64,000 nt of DNA, taken from contig OZ024740.1 of assembly GCA_964016885.1 (NCBI GenBank), positions 266,786,001-266,850,000 on the forward strand. The letters are read 5' to 3'. Source of the DNA: Eledone cirrhosa (Eukaryota). Positions 13,797 through 27,039 of this stretch are shown in pieces; the stretch's first letter is position 1, and every line of letters begins with the position of its first letter. The notes under the pieces were generated by a model. The model did no database searches and was not told the DNA's origin. It saw only the letters and a program-made list of their open reading frames with translations. Made by a program: the position numbers and the translations under genes.

Positions 13797-14215
13797 CTGT
13801 TTTACGTCCGTTCTTCCACGCTAGCATGGGTTAGACGGGTTGTCCTGTTGTGGGCAGTGTCTGGTCGGCTGACCATGCCTTGCTCATACAGGAACTGATT
13901 TGGCTTGATTTCTACAGCTGGATGCCCTTCCTAACACCAACCTCATTTACAGTGAGTGCTGGGTGCTTTTTTGCCGTGGCACCTACACGTCCACTTTACA
14001 GTGTGGGCTGGGTGCTTTTTTGCCGTGGCACCCCCACGACCACCTTGCGGTGGTGGTGGTGGTGGTGGTGGTGGGGGCATATTGTCTATATGCTTCAGCT
14101 TGTACCCATGGGAGGTCGGGTACTCTGTATTACTGCATGACGCCAGAGGTCACGGTTGTGTGTCATTGCCTTTGAGAGGGTAAGGTCGGCTTTTATCACC
14201 TCATCCCAGGTCATC
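13764..14215 (-). mobile_element. RTE 3' end fragment
   Basis: TWDEVIKADL...RDLWRHAV plus a 3' UTR nearly identical to 28910-29297; (cat)n tail on the plus strand. Confidence 0.85.
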
Positions 14216-15067
14216 AATATACAGTAATCATAAGATATATGAAGCAGTGGTGAAGGGTAACCTGGAAAGCAGGGCATGCAGTCCAATCGTCATGCCGGAA
14301 AGTGGGGCTGTGCCCCCCCCCCCCCCCCCAATTCCCTCTAAATGACCCTCCCGGTCAAAGCCGCATGTAGTGTTATCTAGTGTGTGTGTGTGTGTTATCT
14401 TTTTATGTGTCTACGGTTTAGTAAGCAGCCAAAATTCTGCTTGCTTCAACCGACGCAATTGATCAACTCAAGATTCTATAACGCATGCACTGCATGCATT
14501 GCATGCACGCACCCTTCGCCCCTGATATGAAGGCGCATTGGGTTTGCAATTGAGAGGTTGTGAATTCGATTTTCGGACTGGGTGATGCATTATGTCCTTA
14601 AGCAAGACACTTTATTTCACGTTGCTCCAGTTTACGCAATTGTAGAAATGAGTTGCGACGTCACTGGTGCCAAGCTTTGTTGGCCATAGCCTTTCCCTTG
14701 GACAACATCGGTGGTCAATTTGTTATCTAAAATATTATAGTTAATAACAAGTTAGTCCTAGCGAAGAAGTGGTTGAAGAGCATATCATCAATGATAAGTT
14801 CAAAAGGTGTGACGAAAGAATTGTGATCAAGTGACTGATGAATTAACTAATTAAATAATTAATGAATTAATTAGTTAACTAATTATCTAATTGCTTGGTG
14901 ATAAAATCAAAGTTAAAAACAACCAGTGTATGTGTTTATTGGCAGTATGACTCCCAAAGTACAACAATATGTGTGTGCATATGTATATATATATATATAC
15001 ATATGTGTGTGTGAGTGTACATATATATATGTGTGTATATGTATATATTTATATATATATATCTGTT

Positions 15068-15194
<127 letters not shown>

Positions 15195-15492
15195 ATGTGT
15201 ATATATGTGTGTGTGTGCATGTATATGTATATATGAATATGTATGTATGTGTATATTTACATATGTGTGCATGTGTGTGTGTATATATATATATGTGTGT
15301 GTGTATCTGTAAGTGTGTAGTATGTGTGTGTTTATGTATAAGGGTGTATCTTAGCTTTTAGAATAAGTGGGGACTAAATGAGTTGGTTACAAGAAGAGCA
15401 TCCTGCTGTAAAATATTCTTATACAACCCAACCCTCACCAACATGGGGACATGGTTGTAAAAATGATAATGATGTTGATATTCGTATATATT

Positions 15493-15523
<31 letters not shown>

Positions 15524-16074
15524 GTATATATATATATGTGTGTGTGTGTATACACATACATATATATATACTTATATATATATCTTTTGTTCACACTTTG
15601 AATTTTCCCACCCCAAACCCGGATGTGATTCTTCCTCTTTCCTTAAGAAAGAACACGTGACAGCGCTGCAGTGAGTGATACTGCAGTCAAGCACGGAATG
15701 GAAACCTGTTGATAACATGAGTCCACGTTCAGTCTTCAAACGCTACAAACTTGCATATTGTGCAAGATGAATTGTTGATTTAGGTTTCACAGAAACCAAT
15801 CAGGGGTATTGTATAATATCTTTCGAAACGTTCCAGATTTGTTATTTAACTTGATTGTATTTTCATTGTTGTGGTGGCTTCTGTGGTTTTGTCCCCTTAA
15901 CCACAGTTTTCAATTTGTCACGCCATTTAATATATGTTTATTACTCTAAGATGTAACTTAGCGATTTATCAATATCTTCTTATTGAGAGCTTCGTGCAAA
16001 GCTTCTGAATATTGTCTCTTCATGGATGCTGGCTGAGCATCACAACTTCGATTTTACTCACTTCCACTCTTATA

Positions 16075-16168
<94 letters not shown>

Positions 16169-16199
16169 CATAATTATCATCGTCCCACCACCCCCACCC

Positions 16200-16498
16200 A
16201 ATCCACACCACCCCTTTCAATGTAAAGTTATGTTGGTACCACAACATCCAGGCCGAAACAAATGAGGTCGTGTTGGTGTCACGACAAAAAAAAAAACACA
16301 CAGTCCACGCTGTAATGTGGCCGTGTAGGTAACACGGTAAAAACCTCCCAGTCCACACTGTAAACGTGGATGGTGTTAGAAAGGGCATCCAGCCGTAGAA
16401 AACCCGCCAGACAGTCCTATACGAGCAAGACAACCAATCTTGCCTCAAGTGGGAAAATTCCCGTCCAAGCCCATGCAAGCGTGGAAGATGGACGTTAA

Positions 16499-16530
<32 letters not shown>

Positions 16531-16556
16531 CATCATCATCATCATCATCATCATCA
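16200..16556 (+). mobile_element. Solo RTE-type 3' UTR or SINE-like copy with (GAT)n tail; related copies at about 16960-17430, 22230-22900, 33965-34236, 34490-34712, 35420-35505, 36335-36480 and 37808-37923
   Basis: Shared core ggtgttaggaagggcatccagctgtagaa...acccatgctagcgtggaa...gacgttaaa(c/t)gatgatgat, which is also the terminus of the RTE copies. Confidence 0.75.
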
Positions 16557-16595
16557 CCTTTTAACATCCATTTTTCCATGCTAACATGAGTTAGA

Positions 16596-16786
<191 letters not shown>

Positions 16787-17462
16787 TATATTTTTTTTTA
16801 TGTATGTCCACTTTCCCTGCTAGCAAGGATTGGAGAGGTCTACATAGACCAAGTCAGTACTGAAGCTGAGCTACTGACCTCTGAGACAAGCCAGGAATCT
16901 GCATCTTGCACAGGAGAGGTTGTTATGCCTTTGTTACAACTGAAGGTTTTCCAAACCCTTTGTTTGGTAAGCTAGGTATCCTGCCTGTCATCAACCACTT
17001 TACAGCATGTACTGGGTGCATTTATTGTGTAGATCACTAAAACAAGGGAGGCGTCATGTCTTTGACACATCTGAGGGTCCACCCAACCCTTGTTTGGCAA
17101 GCTTTCTATGGCTGGATGCCCTTCCTATCACCCACCACTTTACCACATGTACTGGATGCATATTATTGTGTAGGTCACTAACATTAGAGATTTTGCCATA
17201 TCATCATTATCGATTAACGTCTATCTTCCGCGCTAGCAAGGGTTAGACGAGTTTGTGCCATTGGGTCGAGTAATCATGTCTCAATCATAAAGGAGTGTTT
17301 CTGGCTAGTTTTCTATGGCTGGATGCTCTTCCTAGTGCCAACCACATTTACAGTGAGTGTTGGGTACTTTTTTGCCGTGTCTTTTACATGACCACTTTAC
17401 AGTGTGGGCTGGATGTTTTGTGGTACCAGCATAATATACATATATATACATATATGTATATA

Positions 17463-17496
<34 letters not shown>

Positions 17497-17631
17497 CAGT
17501 TATATATACATATATATATACAGTTCTATATACATATATATATATACAGTTGCGTACACATACACATATATATATACATACCATACATATACATACACAC
17601 ACCATATATATATATACCCATATATATATAC

Positions 17632-18615
17632 CATCATCTTCATTTAACGTCCAACTTCATGAGTAAGACAAATTGACCATTAGGGAGGAAAACAGGTCAG
17701 AGGAGCATGTTTAGCTCACCCGGAGCAGATTTTGGCTTGGTTTCTACAGATTGGTGCCCTTCCTATCACCAACCACATTTACAGTGTGTGCTGGGTGGTT
17801 TTTTCCGTGTCACCTACACGACCACATTACAGTGTGGACTGGGCACTTTTTGTTGTGACACCTATATGACCACTTTACAGTGTGGACTGGGCACTTTTGT
17901 CATATCACCTACATGACCACTTTACAGTGGGGGACTGGGCTCTTTCGTCTTGGGACTAGGGAGGAAGGGTGGAGGAAGCTTGGGGAAATTGCGGACATAG
18001 GTAATAGGGGAGGGGTGGTTACTGCAAAAGGAGGTGAATGAGAGAGGAGAAGGTTGAGGAAGGTGTTGCCTATTAGGTATAAGCCTCAGCCAGAGAATAA
18101 TAGAGGGCAGGTTTTCTGTAATACCATGTAATGCCAGAGGTCGCAGTCTTGTGTTGCCTTAGAGAGGTGTAATTGTGCAAGGTCAGCTTTTATTACCTCA
18201 TCCCAAGTCTTCCTAGACCTGCCCACTCCACAACTACCATCAACTTTGAGTGCTCTGCACCTTTTTATACAGCTGTCTTCCTGCATACACATCACATGTC
18301 CATACCAACATGATCTCCTCTTCTGCACGCAACAGCTGATCCCTATTTTGCCTAATTTCTCATGCAGTACATTTATACTTGGCCATTCACATAAATTGCT
18401 ATTGCACATCCAGCAAAGCATGGAGGATTCATTTCTTTCCAATCTTAATAGGTCCTCAGCACACAGTGATCAGGTCTCACTGCTGTGCATCATTGTTGTT
18501 CGTATACATGCATCATACAGTCTGCCTTTCATTTTGAGGGGAAAACCTTTTGTAGTTAGAACTTTCTCCAACGTGATCTCACTCTGGTTACTGTGCTTTC
18601 AGAACACGCTCCCCC
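17632..18615 (-). mobile_element. RTE 3' fragment (subfamily variant)
   Basis: ORF 18086-18442 (MLCWMCN...WYGHVM...GRSRKTWDEVIKADL). Its 3' UTR is shared with 29805-30260. Confidence 0.85.
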
Positions 18616-19075
18616 AAAAGAGAAATGTTAAATAAATATATATGCACAAACAGACATATATGTAAATATACATATACAGAATTACCTCCCCCATATTTGG
18701 TTATGCTGTTGGTCACATGCATTGATAAAAATCAAGGTAAGTATGACAATGAAAATATCTATTTCATATGTATCTCAGTTGATATGAACAATGAAATGAA
18801 ATAAAAAGGAGAGATGGAAAAGTTCAAAACTGTTGTGCTTAGATATGAATAATGAAGTTATCATTAGACTGTGAGGTACAAAGATCACTAATCTCAGTAA
18901 AAACAACAACAACCATTCACAGTATTCATATGATGTCAGCAAAAAAGATTATCTTGTGAAAGAGGATACAAATTATACACTTCACAGATGTCATACACAG
19001 CAAAAAGCTAAAATTATTTGTGTGGTGAAGTAGCAATAGGACTTTTAATTAATAAGTCTCCAAGGAAACTACAAA

Positions 19076-19415
19076 ATGAAGTCAGTAAATCTCCTTAAGT
19101 TCTTGATATCTTTAACAACCCTCACCTCTGTTATACAAGCAAATACTGAAAATCCTTTAAATTATTGGAAACTATGGGGAAAATTGGGGAAGAACCAAGA
19201 CTTTCATCAATTTTCTCATCAGAATAAAACTTTGGAAATGTTCAGGGATACAATTACTGGAAATTTAGACAAGAGGAACCAAATTGAGAAAGTGCAGAAT
19301 TTATTAAGGCAAGACTTCTGTAATTCTTCATCCAGTTTTGATATCTCAAAGAAGTGCTGTGAAGACACCAAACTAGTGTTTGAGTCTCTGGCTCATGAAC
19401 TATGGGCTCAACAAA
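19076..19415 (+). CDS. Exon 1 of an NRF-6 (nose resistant to fluoxetine 6) / O-acyltransferase-like protein: signal peptide plus start of the NRF domain
   Basis: ATG in an AAAATG context and a hydrophobic N-terminus MKSVNLLKFLISLTTLTSVIQA. Ends SKKCCEDTKLVFESLAHELWAQQ followed by a phase-1 donor A|GTAAGT at 19416. Confidence 0.8.
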
Positions 19416-20404
19416 GTAAGTTTTCCTCTTGTATATTAATGATCTACTAGCTGTTACTTCTAAGAATACAGACCCCTTTATTCATAAATAACCCTCTTCA
19501 CACATAGGGATTATCTACATCTAACCTAGTCAACTTACACCAGACATGCATTGTTTTCATGAACAGAGGCTACCCAAACACCATTCAGCTGTAAGGTCAA
19601 GAGTTCAATTACAGACACCACATTGTGTTCTTGAGCAAGATATCTTATTTCAGGTTGCTCCAATCTAAATAGCTGGCAAAAATGAGTTTTACCTGTAATT
19701 CAATGATCTGGTCATGTCATTCACTATGTCATATTGAATCACCCTGAAAACTATGTTAATTGTGCACATGTTTGTAGAATGTTCAGCCACTTACATATTC
19801 ATTTCATGAGCAGGCTGTTCCATTGTTTGAACAACTGGAACACTTGTCATTGGGAATGATGGACATAAAAACAATCACATATAAAAACATGCAATAATTT
19901 TAATAAACTTTTATTAAAAGATACCTTATCCCATGGAATGCCAGAATGTCTTTGCATGACCCACTTTAGGAAACATTGTTTTATATGGTAACTCAGTCTT
20001 CTGGATACTTTTTCTTTGCTCACTTATTCCTGAGAGGGTTATGGGGGCAAAGTCCTCAAACACTCCTTCCAGTGGATCCTCCCCAAGCAAGACCAGTCAA
20101 GGTCATGGATGTTATCCAACCATCTTGCTTGAGGTTTACCCCTGGGTCTCCTGCCAGTTGGTTTTGCCTATAAAATCTGTCCAGCGATTCTTTCCTGAGA
20201 CATTCTAACCACATGCCCATAGTATCAGAGCTGTGATACAACCATTAAATCTACTTTAAATCAATCATACCTTACCATTTTAAAAGAAGGAGATAATGGA
20301 TAATGTGGCAACAACAGTATCACAACAATTTTACATTAGATTCCTCAAATATAATTAATTTAAAATTCGAAATGTTGAAATCCAAACACAGAATCACTAC
20401 AATG

Positions 20405-20595
20405 ATAATTGTTTCTACTTTTGGCACAAGCCCAGCAATTGACTAGTACATTACTGGTACTTTATTTTATCGACCCCGTAAGGATGAAAGGCAAAGTTAA
20501 CCTTGGCGGGATTTGAACTCAGAATGGCAAGGGCTACTCCATGCATCAAAGCATGGCGTCCGACCCTCTACCGATACTGCCAATCCATCACCCTA
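20405..20595 (-). mobile_element. Full-length SINE copy with target-site duplication
   Basis: Flanked by atcactacaatgataat on both sides. Confidence 0.88.
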
Positions 20596-23185
20596 TCACT
20601 ACAATGATAATGACGTTAGAAAATCAGGTAACCTTAGAGACAGAAAATAAGTGGCCAGTCTTGTCACTCATTCTGTCATATTGAGTCTCTCTGAAAACTG
20701 TCTCTAACAGTGTATTATCTGATTTTCTAATGCTATCATGAAGGTGTGTGGCTTAGTGGTTAGAGAATTGAATTCACTATCATGCGGTTGCGAGTTCAAT
20801 TCCCAGACTGAGCAATGTGTTATGTCCTTCAGTAAGACACTTTATTCCACGTTGCTCTTTCTGCCAGGGGTTGCAACTAGTAGATAGTAATACTATCAGC
20901 AATGGAAAGACCAATGGAAACATTGTTTCCTTGGTCCAATCTGATGAGATCCATCCCAGTCGATAAGCAATTGAGGTCTGGAATCTTGACGATCAATTTA
21001 ATCAATTGATCAATCATCATTGTAGCGAATCTGTTTGGATTTCAACATTTCAAATTCTAAATCATCCAAACACTTCAATAATCATCATCATCATTTTTAC
21101 ATCCATTTTCCCATGCTTGCATGGGTTGGACAAGTCCTTTTCAGTACAGCATTTCTCTGTGAGTCTCAACAATTTGAGATCAACTCTCATCACTTCAGCC
21201 CAGGTCTTCCTTGGTCTACCTCTGCTGTGGCTTCATTCAACTGTGATTTCCTGGCAAGACAATTTAATATTTCTGTTTGTTTAGCTAATGGGTGGTGAAA
21301 ATGAGGAAGTGGATAATGTTTTGAATGAATTAGTCGTAATATATACTTTAGTTATTTACCAATACAAATTCAAAGTCTACTAACATAGCCATTGCTTTTC
21401 ATCTCTAAGGCACTGAAAAGCATGTATGAGTAATATGTCATTTCAATTAAAATCTGCTATAACTCTCAGTTGATGCAAGCATGTCTGAATGGTCAACATG
21501 TTCCCTTTGCAAACATGAAGCCCTAGGTTTGATCCCATTGCATACCATCTTCGACAAGTGAATTAACCTTAACCTTGGTTTAAATCTTATGAGTGAAATT
21601 GGATAGACAGAAACTGTGTGGAAGCCCATCAGATGGATTGTAGCTGTAATTCATAGTTACAGCCTTTTCACATATTGTGTCACACTGATTCAGCTTGGGA
21701 GTTAAATTAAGGGTACATGTGTCTGTGGAATACTCAACCACTTGCATGTTAATTCATGAGTTGGGCATCTAGTTGACTGAACAACTGAACACACCTTGTC
21801 AAAATTGATGGAGGGTCCGTCATCATTAAAGCCTTTTCCTATGATAGATAACATTGTATCAATGAAAAAAAAACTAATTCACAGGAGGTTGGACAGTGCC
21901 GATAACCTTTATAGGTTATTGATATGGCTCATGATTAGTTCAAAGGTGATGAATAGTTAGAGACATTAGAATGTTGGATTTAAAATGTTTTATGGTATTT
22001 GCTGTTGCTCTCTGCACTTTTATTTCAATTTCTGCAGAGAACAACTTTTGAGGTGAATTTCTTAATTTTATAGCCATGTCTGCACCTCATGACTTTATAT
22101 AATGTATTTTAATCTTACTACACAGTATTAGGGCTGCCAATATTTTATTTTATTATTGCAATACTATAATTTTATATCACTATTGTAATATTATAATTCA
22201 TAGAATAATGAGAAAAAAATCACCTCTCTAGTGTTGGTGATTTACACGATAAATACACTCAGTACATCCTATAAAGATGTTGATGATAGGAAGGACATCC
22301 AGTTGAGTTTTTCTCATTATTCTATGAATTCTAATTCAATCACGCTCAATCTCGGTCTTTGAGACAACACTGTTTGTAATATGATAATTTCATACTACAA
22401 ATGCAATACTAAGATTTTATTTTACTTTGCTAGTGTTGGTGATGTATATGATAAAAGCACCCACTACATACTGTAAAGTGGTTGGTGTTAGGAAGGACAT
22501 CCAACCATAGAAAGCTTGCCAAACAAAGAGTTTTGAGGACCCTTCAGTTGTGTCAAAGACATGATAACCTCTTTAGTGCTGGTGATCTACACAATTAATG
22601 CACCCATTACATGCCGTAAAGTGGTTGGTGATAGAAAGGACATCCAGCTGTAGAAAGTTTGCCAAAAAAAAAAAGGATTGGGAGGACGCTTCTGCTGTGT
22701 CAAAGACATGACAACCTCCCTAGTGTTAGTGTCATGATAAAAAGCACTCAGTAGAGCATGTGGCCATTTGTAAGCAAGATGAAAGCTTCCAGCCTATGTG
22801 AGACGTCAGTAGCCCCACTTGAATACAGATTCAGTCTGTGAAGGCCCTTCCAGCCTATGCTAGCAGGGAAAGTAGAAGTTAAATCATGATGATGATGATG
22901 ACGATGGTGGTGGTGGTGATGGTGGTCTTGGTGGTCTTGGTGGTCTTGGTGGTGGTGGTGGTGGTGGTGGTGGTGGTGGTGGTCTTGGTGGTCATGGAGG
23001 TGGTCATGGTGGTGGTGGTGGTGGTGGTGGTCTTGGAGGTTATGGTCGTTGTGGTCATCATGGTTTCAATACTATAATTTTATACTACAAATGCATTAAT
23101 ATAATTATATTTTATGATTGTAAAATTATCATTTTATTTCACTATTACAATACTATAATTCTACATCTTTATCATTTTAATTCAG

Positions 23186-23376
23186 TGATTGACGCATATG
23201 GAAAAATCCCCAGTGGAATTCTTTTGGGGGATTTTAAATTCCCAGGATCCTTTGAAGAATGCAAGAAATCGAAAGTAGTGATATCGACCAACCTATCTGG
23301 GAAAATACAAGACTATCACCCTTTTACTCCAAAATACTGCCAAGTGATGATAGTTTCATCAAAGTCTGCTCCTCCG
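23186..23376 (+). CDS. Exon 2 of the NRF-6/OACYL-like gene (NRF domain)
   Basis: Acceptor tttaattcag|TG joins the phase-1 A of exon 1 to give WAQQ-M-IDAYGKIPSGILLGDFKFPGSFEEC...KYC. This matches the NRF-domain pattern WA..M.DA.GK.PSG.L.G....G...EC. Phase-0 donor CCG|GTATGA at 23377. Confidence 0.85.
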
Positions 23377-25458
23377 GTATGAGGGAATATAATATTCAAC
23401 ATATATTTACTGCTTTCTAACATGCCTCATATAATCTCATCATAATTTATGGGAGTGAGATATGGATGATGAACTGAGAGAGAGAAAAATAGAGAGAGAG
23501 AGAGAGGAGGGAGAGTACTACAGATGGGAATAGAGCCATTTATGAATGTTGAGAAGAGGAATGGAATAAGGGACATGGGTGGTGAATGTAGAGCAGCAGA
23601 GATGTGAGAATGGTTTGGTAGATGAATCAGATATCGCTCAGAGAGAGGGAGACAAATGATGACTTGCAGAGGATGATGAGATGGAACAGAGCCAGTGATG
23701 AATGATATGAAAAGAAATGGAATGACATGAGTTGAGGGAAGATGAAAGTGACTGTGTGAGAGGAATGGTGGAAATGAATGTGGAAGAGGAAAGCTAAGAA
23801 AGACCTGGCAAATTATAATGGTGAAGGAAATGAAATCCATGGAGATGGTGGGAGAATACAGCCGATAGAGAAAAATGGAAAAACTTGTCATGAGGCCTGC
23901 AAAGCTAACTCTTGCTTTAGAATGTAAAATGGCCTTTAAATGTGTGTTGTTGTTTGGTAAACCACTTATTCATACTCATAGATAAGTCTCATTTTCTTTT
24001 ACTAAAAATTTGGTTGTAAAAAGATGCATTCGATTTATCTACTAACTCTTTCTTGAAATATCAAATAATTGTTTCTACTTTTGGCACAAGGCCAGCAAAT
24101 ACCCAGTGCATTACTGGTACTTTATTGAAATATCAAATAATGGTTTCTGATTTAGGCACAAGGTCAACAATTTTAGGGGAGGGGAAAGTCTATTAATTTG
24201 ACCCCAGTGCATTACTGGTACTTTATTTTATCGACCTCATATGGATAAAAGGCAAAGCTAAACTCAGCAGGATTTGAAATCAGAATGTAAAGGAGCATAA
24301 CTTTATGCTGCGAACCATAGGGTCCAACACTCTCCCAATGCTGTCAATCCACCGCTCTCTTGAAACATCAAATAATGAAACCAAAATATTATAAACACAA
24401 AAGAGTGGTTGCTTCTGTTGATTTAAAAAAAAATCAAAATTAGTCATTTAGTTTACATATTGAGACCCCAACTCATTCTATTTATTTTATAAGATATGGG
24501 ATTTTTATCATGTATAATGTTTTTAATGTATAAATAAAATTAATTGTTGCAGAAATGGTATCACTTTAAATAAAATTACACTGGAGATAGATTAGCAAAA
24601 TTTAATAAGCAGTGGGGTGGAGTTTGGAAAAAATCTGAAAAATTGATAAGTGTGTGTGTGGGAGGGCGATTATTTGAGACCCGAGAGTACTAATTCAACC
24701 ACCTTTATGGTAGGTATAGTATACTACTGATAAACTAAGTCTATAAACTTGATTTAATTCTTAGTTTTAGCTGATTCACTTGGTTAAGATATAAATGCTA
24801 TAACTCACATACTTATCTTAGTTTTTAGTTGGCTGTACCCATGACCTTTTTTAGGACCTCAAAGACTGGAATGTTACTTTATTTTACCAAATCTGAAAGT
24901 GACTAGAGAAGAGGAAAGATTAAAAATAAGTATAAAGTAGATTTAACCTCAGCAAGATTTGAACTCATAGCACAGAATGTCAGAACAAATACCACATGGC
25001 ATTTTGTCCGACACTCTGCTAATTTTTAATTTATTAGGACTGACATCACTAAACAGGCAAGATCAATCAACAAACAAGTGTATGGATTAAATATTTGTTT
25101 CTACTTTAGGCACAAGGCCAGCAATAACCCAGTTCATTACTGGTACTTTATTTTATCGACCCCGTAAGGATGAAAGGCAAAGTCAACCTCGGCGGGATTT
25201 GAACTCAGGTGTATGGATTAAATATTGTTATATTAACAGTACCAGCTATATGTGCAAAATGTAGCACTTTCTTCTTCTTAGTGCCATACCTCATGATGGA
25301 GTCATAGGTGTGCCATAGTGACATACAGTGTTTCTTGGGCATTTTAAGCCTGGTGGACCCCATCCCTCTCCAAGCCTGGCTACAGCAGATTTCTTCCATA
25401 GAATAATAAAGTGAGTGAGAGAATGGAAGTGAGAAAGAGATATAGAGGAAGAATCATC

Positions 25459-25794
25459 ATCATTTAACGTCCATTTTCCCTGTATACTTCTGTCATCTTC
25501 CTATGGGCTTACCTTTTGATCTGTTGCACCCTATAGCACTTCATTTGATAAGCAGGACAATGTGAGAAAGAGATATCATTTAACGTCCGTTTTCTCTGTA
25601 TACTTCTGTCATCTTCCTATGGGCTTACCTTTTGATCTGTTGCACCCTATAGCACTTCATTTGATAAGCAGGACAATGTGAGAAAGAGATATCATTTAAC
25701 GTCCGTTTTCTCTGTATACTTCTGTCATCTTCCTATGGGCTTACCTTTTGATCTGTTGCACCCTATAGCACTTCATTTGATAAGCAGGACAATA
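25459..25794. repeat. Three near-identical tandem copies of an approximately 117 bp unit
   Basis: atcatttaacgtcc...tgtatacttctgtcatcttcctatgggc...gataagcaggacaat occurs three times. Confidence 0.95.
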
Positions 25795-26102
25795 TGAATT
25801 TTGTTTTTCAACTAAGTCATATCTGAAACTGTTTTGGTGATTATGATGCACTAATTTATATTGTACAGTGATTGCGCTGTTTAACTTATCTAAATATGGT
25901 TACAGAGTTCTGTCTGGAATATGCTGATAAGAATTTAGCTTTAGAATATAATACACAATATCTAGAAAATGAAAGCTTTTTTCAATGTCTGAGATAAATG
26001 ACACACACACCACCACCACCACCACAAGCTGTGGTGCAATGCGTTCCATATTTTAACACCAAAGTTGTTTTTTTTAGGGTTGAAGAAAGGGAAGAAGATA
26101 CA

Positions 26103-26200
26103 TACAAGGGTGGGCTGAAAAGTTCATAGGTTGACTATGAAGGAGTGATGCTAGAACTGTGAAATCTTGCATGCAATAAATTCAACTCTTCTTATTAATA
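26103..26200. mobile_element. Possible mariner-type terminal fragment (related sequence at 2298-2425)
   Basis: TA-caagggtgggctgaaaagttcatagg resembles mariner TIRs. aaagttcatagg and ttcaactcttcttattaataac recur at 2298-2425. Confidence 0.4.
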
Positions 26201-26479
26201 ACTTTTTGTCGTTATACCTACACGACCACTTTACAGTGTGGGCTGGGTGCTTTTTGCTGTTGCTCATACATGACCACTTTACAGTGTGGGCTGGGTGCTT
26301 TTTGTCGTGACACCTACATGACCACTCTACCGTGTGGACTAGATATGTTTTGTTCACAGTGTAAGGGTGGTGTGGGCAGGAGTGTGTGGGTGGGGGTATA
26401 GGGGTTAGGAAGTTCCTACTAGGTGTATGTTTGAGTCTGTGTGCATGGGAAGGCATTCTTCTGTATTACTGCGATCTCG

Positions 26480-26995
26480 ATCCTGTGTCCGTGTGAGTTT
26501 AGTATTGAATTATCTTTTTTAAGGTCAATAGTTGGTTTGTTCGATTTACCATTCCTGTTCATTGCATTCTTATTTTTATTTTTCCCTCTATTATTATAAT
26601 TTGTATTTTTAAGTATGTCACTATTGTTATTTGGAGATCTTCATCTATATGTATAGACCTTATTATATATTCTATTATTGGCAGTATCGGTAAGGGTCGG
26701 ACGCCATGCTTTAAAGCATAGAGTTACCACCCTTTATGATCTGAGTTCAAATCCTGTCGAGGTTAACTTTGCCTTTCATCCTTATGGGGTCGATAAAATA
26801 AAGTACCAGTAATGCCCTGGGATGATTGCTGGCCTTGTGCCAAAAGTAGAAACAATTATATATTCTATTATCTGTAACATTATATTTTATTTGTTCCTTG
26901 TAACCTGATCTATGTAAGGCCTCATTATAGTAATTTGTATTTTGATTAAACACATCTATATGCATAGACCTTAATATATATTTGCATATGGAGCT
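26480..26995 (-). mobile_element. Short PLE thumb-region fragment interrupted by a SINE
   Basis: DVFNQNTNYYNEALHRSGYKEQIKY resembles DVFDKNATFYNEALDRSGHKNRLEY of ORF 49252-50865. Confidence 0.6.
26678..26858 (+). mobile_element. SINE copy with target-site duplication
   Basis: Flanked by attatatattctattat on both sides. Confidence 0.85.
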
Positions 26996-27039
26996 GTGGG
27001 CCATCTTGGCCTGAAAATAGAATTAAGGTATTCACTCTT

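Noticed and set aside
20935-20980. CTGATGAG...GATA as a hammerhead
   Set aside because: No GAAA, no NUH site with stem III.
25459-25794. Regular repeats as a CRISPR-like array
   Set aside because: Whole units are identical with no unique spacers; eukaryotic context; simple tandem triplication.
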